From Halobacteriales archaeon (GTDB lineage: Archaea > Halobacteriota > Halobacteria > Halobacteriales > Hikarchaeaceae): 35,672 bases of DNA. The stretch covers positions 1 through 35,672 of the forward strand of contig JBDGPL010000130.1 of NCBI GenBank assembly GCA_042219705.1. The letters are read 5' to 3'. The notes beneath the pieces are model-generated. The model had not been told where the DNA came from, did not search any database, and saw only the letters and a program-made list of their open reading frames with translations. Made by a program: the position numbers and the translations under genes. Positions within the stretch are counted from its first letter, which is position 1. Each line of letters begins with the position of its first letter. Positions 32,799-35,672 of this stretch are shown piece after piece.

Positions 32799-32975
32799 TT
32801 ACATGATGGAACGCTCGGCCTCGCGCTCGACGGAGATGTTGACGAGGGCGACCAGGTTGGGATACGGGACGAAGGCCAGCAGCTCGTCATCCTCGGTGTA
32901 GAGCTCGACGCCGTTCTCCCGTTCCGCGTAGTCAGCGGCGGTCAAGTCGCCGTCGGGCAGGATGGCTCGGAACAT
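32799..32975 (-). CDS. Small acidic protein, 58 aa (below the ORF-track size cutoff)
   Basis: Hand translation: MFRAILPDGDLTAADYAERENGVELYTEDDELLAFVPYPNLVALVNISVEREAERSIM, ending in TAA. It has acidic haloarchaeal composition and GC-rich third positions. The ATG faces the AT-rich promoter island. Confidence 0.55.
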   Translation of the reverse strand: MFRAILPDGDLTAADYAERENGVELYTEDDELLAFVPYPNLVALVNISVEREAERSIM

Positions 32976-33111
32976 CGTTACATCCTACGGAACCGCCAGC
33001 CTTCAAGCTGTCACCTCCGGTTCGAAACCTTTCTATAAGTTATGAAGATGAGTTTAGAAAACAGTATAACACCATTGGATGTGTTGGACAGACGAGATTG
33101 GAGTAATTTTT

Positions 33112-33396
33112 ATGGCGTTCCAGCCCGCTAGGACCACCCGAGAGGTGACAGGGATGTCCCGGACCGGTGCAACCACCCACGGCCTGTTCGGTCGCGTCGC
33201 CCGTCGGACGTCGCGCCACGACCTGGTGCTCGTCGTCATCCCGGCCGCGTTCGTCGCCGCCCTCATGGCGGGCATGGCGTCGCCCGTGTCGCTCCACGGC
33301 GCGGTCGCGGCCGCCTCGGTCGTGGGCGGGATCGCGCTGGTCGACGCCCTGTTCCTCAACCCCCCGACCGGGCCTCCCGCGCCGCCCGCGGCCTGA
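33112..33396 (+). CDS. Small two-TM membrane protein, function unknown
   Basis: MAFQPARTTREVTGMSRTGATTHGLFGRVARRTSRHDLVLVVIPAAFVAALMAGMASPVSLHGAVAAASVVGGIALVDALFL. Alternative starts are at 33079 and 33154. It lies downstream of the AT-rich promoter region. Confidence 0.55.
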   Translation: MAFQPARTTREVTGMSRTGATTHGLFGRVARRTSRHDLVLVVIPAAFVAALMAGMASPVSLHGAVAAASVVGGIALVDALFLNPPTGPPAPPAA

Positions 33397-33528
33397 CACC
33401 ACCGTTCTGACCGTTTGTCGCACGAACGACGATGTACTGGCTCGTCCCGACTGTTCGGTTGGCTCGTGTCCCTATGTCGCGGTAATTGTTGGTTCCAAGC
33501 CACCGGCTCCTTCGTCCGGGTGGTGTCA

Positions 33529-33900
33529 ATGGCACTGCCGACGGGTCCCACGACGGACGTCGCGTCGCGCCCGGCCGTCCCGCCCGACTTTTCGGTGCCA
33601 CCGATTACGAAGGGTACGAACAGGACGTCGAGCTCGTCCTGTCGGTCGAGCTCCCCGGCTTCGACCGGGACGACATCGAGGTCCACTGGGACGGGGATCG
33701 GCTCGCCATCTCGGCCGACCCGAGGACGAGCAGCGTGGTCGCCGCCGGACGGTCCGGTTCTCGGCGGCCATCGAACCGGAGGAGATCGAGGCGGCCTTCA
33801 CGAACGGCGTCCTCGAGGTGGCCCCCCAGTCAACCGGAGCGTCGCCCTGCCCGGCCAGGAGGTCGAGGTCGCCGGCCGACGGCCCCGGGGCCCGTCGGCC
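33529..33900 (+). pseudogene. hsp20: Hsp20/alpha-crystallin small heat-shock protein gene disrupted by frameshifts
   Basis: The alpha-crystallin domain is split over three frames. MALPTGPTTDVASRP is in frame 1. LFGATDYEGYEQDVELVLSVELPGFDRDDIEVHWDGDRLAISA is in frame 0. EDEQRGRRRTVRFSAAIEPEEIEAAFTNGVLEV is in frame 2. PVNRSVALPGQEVEV is back in frame 1. Shifts fall near 33560-33590, near 33717-33723 and at the C6 run 33822-33827. No frame has a stop at the expected gene end. Confidence 0.6.
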
Positions 33901-33963
33901 GCGACCGCCGGTACCGGCGTTCCGCCACGTGTCGAACCGTCCCCCGCCCCGCCAGCGGCCTGC

Positions 33964-34125
33964 TCATGGCCAGCCGTCCGCGTCGGGAAGCGGCTCGGCG
34001 ACGACCCCGTCCTGCTGGGCCAGGGCTCGGGCGTGGCCGGCACAGACCGCCCGGTCGTCGGCCCAGGGGACGTAGAGCCGGACGGCCGCCGGCTTCTGGC
34101 AACCCGGCTCGGTACACGTCGGCAT
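33964..34125 (-). CDS. Small Cys/His-containing protein, 53 aa (below the ORF-track size cutoff)
   Basis: Hand translation: MPTCTEPGCQKPAAVRLYVPWADDRAVCAGHARALAQQDGVVAEPLPDADGWP, ending in TGA. The C-x4-C...C-x2-H spacing suggests a small zinc-binding fold. It is convergent with the hsp20 remnant. Confidence 0.45.
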   Translation of the reverse strand: MPTCTEPGCQKPAAVRLYVPWADDRAVCAGHARALAQQDGVVAEPLPDADGWP

Positions 34126-34191
34126 CGATGGACGTAGCGGCCGTGGGCGGAAAACGCCGGCGTCGGGCGCGGACCCGGGGTTTGGTCGGGG

Positions 34192-34596
34192 CTACTCGGC
34201 GGCCCGGTGGGCCGGCACGTCGCCGGTTCGGTCACCCGCCGGCACCTTCGTCAGGACCCTCGCCACGTCCCGGATATCGTGGGTGTCGATGAGCGCCTCG
34301 GCGGCCGTCCGCAGGGTGAAGTCCGCGTCGAGGTCGACGCCGTAGCAGCCCGCGTAGCACTCCAGCCAGTCGTTCATCGCCCGCTCGAGCCGGGCGAACT
34401 CATCGGGTTCGAAGCGGACCCAGTCGCCGGTGCGCGCCTCGACGTAGACGGCCACCGCCGGGCCGACCCCCTCGGTGAGGTACCGGCGGGCCCGCTCGGG
34501 CGCCGGCGGCTCCTCGGGCGGTTCGAAGGCGGTCCGGTCCTCGCGAGCCCGCTCGGCGAGGGCGTCGATGCGCTCCGCCGTCGCGGGCTCGCCCAT
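34192..34596 (-). CDS. Conserved hypothetical acidic protein, 134 aa
   Basis: Internal ATG (complement of 34594-34596): MGEPATAERIDALAERAREDRTAFEPPEEPP...DWLECYAGCYGVDLDADFTLRTAAEALIDTHDIRDVARVL. Its start overlaps the stop of the upstream fixC-like gene (TGATG). The rest of ORF 34192..35418 is an out-of-frame artefact. Confidence 0.6.
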   Translation of the reverse strand: MGEPATAERIDALAERAREDRTAFEPPEEPPAPERARRYLTEGVGPAVAVYVEARTGDWVRFEPDEFARLERAMNDWLECYAGCYGVDLDADFTLRTAAEALIDTHDIRDVARVLTKVPAGDRTGDVPAHRAAE

Positions 34597-35672
34597 CAGC
34601 CGAACTCGTACTCGACGCCCTTCCCGCCGGCCGGGTGGGTCCAGTGAGTGTCGGCGACGACGGCACAGGTCCCACACTCCACGCACGGCTGGGTGTCGAG
34701 GCTGACCCGCGCCTCGCCCTCGACCTCCTCGCGCCGGTAGCAGCCCCCGCCGTAGTCGAGCGAGGAGACCGGACAGGCGGTGACGGCCGCCCCGCTGGCG
34801 GCCCAGCTGTTGTCGAGCAAGTCGATGTGGGGATCCCCCACGTCGTAGGTGAGGTCCCCGATGCGGTCGGCGAGGCTCGGCGGCTCGACCGTGCTCTCCT
34901 CGCGCACGGGCTCGCCGAGCGCCTCGGCGATGCGCGTCGGCACCGTCACGTAGCCCGTCCGGGTGTCGGGCAGCAGCTTCATCAGCCGCGGCGAGTTGAA
35001 CAGCCGCTCGAGCTGGCCGGCCATCGCCCGCACGCCCCAGGTCCCGAGCGGCGAGTTCGCCACGGCGTCGAGGAGGTTCGCCACGGTCCGCTGCTCGGTG
35101 ACCGTTCGGGAGGTCCGGTAGGCCCGGGGCCGGAGCTTCTCCATGACGCCCTCCTCGCGGAGCTTCCGGACGTAGAGGTCGCCGGCCTGCTGCGCCCGGC
35201 CGCGCGAGGCGGCCTCGACGTACGCCTCCGCGGCGAGCGCCCCCGCGGTGACGGCGTGGTTCATGCCCTTGATGATGGGGCCCTGGGCCTGCATCTGGCC
35301 GCCGGCGTCGCCGACGAGCGCCAGCCGGCCCTGGGCGGGCTCGGGGTGGGCCATCTTCTTCGAGTCGGGCACGAGCTTCGCGGAGTACTCGAGCTCCTCG
35401 TAGTCGTCCCCGAGCCACTGCGCCAGCAGCGGGTGGGTCAGCAGCGCGTCGAGCAGCTCGCCGACGTCCGCCCGCTCGGCGACGATGCTGTCGAGGTGGA
35501 AGACGTTCCCGATGGAGAGGGTGTCCTCGTTGGTGTAGAGGAAGCCCCCGCCGCGGACGCCGTCGTAGAGGTCGCCGGAGAACAGGTGGGCCTCGCCCTC
35601 CTCGGGGCCGATGTCGAACCGCTCCTCGATGGCGCCCTCCGGCATGTCGACGACGGCCTTGACGCCCTGGAA
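34596..35672 (-). CDS. fixC: FAD-dependent electron-transfer-flavoprotein:quinone oxidoreductase (FixC-like) fused to a FixX-like ferredoxin domain. The 5' end lies beyond the window.
   Basis: LVGDAGGQMQAQGPIIKGMNHAVTAGALAAEA (the GD motif of FixC/ETF-QO) is followed by a C-terminal ferredoxin-like segment (CPVSSLDYGGGCYR..DTQPCVECGTCAVV..WTHPAGGKGVEYEFG). The frame stays open upstream of the first Met at 35645, to the window edge. Confidence 0.8.
   Translation of the reverse strand, partial: FQGVKAVVDMPEGAIEERFDIGPEEGEAHLFSGDLYDGVRGGGFLYTNEDTLSIGNVFHLDSIVAERADVGELLDALLTHPLLAQWLGDDYEELEYSAKLVPDSKKMAHPEPAQGRLALVGDAGGQMQAQGPIIKGMNHAVTAGALAAEAYVEAASRGRAQQAGDLYVRKLREEGVMEKLRPRAYRTSRTVTEQRTVANLLDAVANSPLGTWGVRAMAGQLERLFNSPRLMKLLPDTRTGYVTVPTRIAEALGEPVREESTVEPPSLADRIGDLTYDVGDPHIDLLDNSWAASGAAVTACPVSSLDYGGGCYRREEVEGEARVSLDTQPCVECGTCAVVADTHWTHPAGGKGVEYEFG

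Noticed and set aside
33415-34292. Long plus-strand ORFs 33167..34075, 33415..34137 and 33486..34292, considered as intact genes.
   Set aside because: Each contains only a fragment of the Hsp20 domain, followed by Arg/Pro-rich read-through that overlaps the small convergent minus-strand ORF. They were interpreted together as one frameshifted pseudogene.
1-35672. A search for mobile elements, CRISPR arrays, tRNA or rRNA genes, and defence-system hallmarks.
   Set aside because: I recognised no transposase, integrase or recombinase motifs, no terminal inverted repeats, no regular repeat-spacer arrays and no tRNA-like cloverleaf candidates. The window looks like core chromosome apart from the corrinoid methyltransferase cluster.

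Overview
This is a high-GC (roughly 70%), gene-dense chromosomal window that looks haloarchaeal (class Halobacteria). The proteins are strongly acidic. TATA-like boxes sit about 25-35 nt upstream of many start codons, which suggests leaderless or near-leaderless mRNAs. Several neighbouring genes are coupled by ATGA, TGATG or GTGA start/stop overlaps. I call about 40 protein genes and one SRP (7S) RNA, and I saw no tRNA, rRNA, CRISPR array, transposase or integrase. Most of the long Arg/Pro/Gly-rich ORFs in the six-frame track are antisense or out-of-frame high-GC artefacts. Several real genes start well inside the listed ORFs. Four real features are absent from the track: a partial cysK at the left edge, the SRP RNA and two small ORFs. 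Housekeeping content includes cysK, MscS, a YhbY-like protein, RNase P protein 4, Trm56, TFE, MutS, 2-oxoacid dehydrogenase E1 alpha/beta, a PhoU-type regulator, an NAD-kinase-like protein, a FixC/FixX-like fusion, two GT4 glycosyltransferases, an epimerase and an SDR. The main finding is at 4.08-10.70 kb. Five adjacent genes encode a complete corrinoid-dependent methyl-transfer module: a non-pyrrolysine MttB-family methyltransferase, a core-MetE-like homocysteine methyltransferase, a RACo/RamA-type [2Fe-2S] ATP-dependent corrinoid reductive activase, an MtrH-family methyltransferase and a B12-binding corrinoid protein. This equipment is known from methylotrophic methanogens and quaternary-amine-demethylating anaerobes, and as far as I know it has not been characterised in Halobacteria. 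Secondary observations are an arylamine N-acetyltransferase between the two glycosyltransferases, a Gly/Met/Pro low-complexity acidic protein, an hsp20 gene broken by multiple frameshifts, a long intergenic region with phased GGAACCGG repeats, and an AT-rich divergent promoter island.
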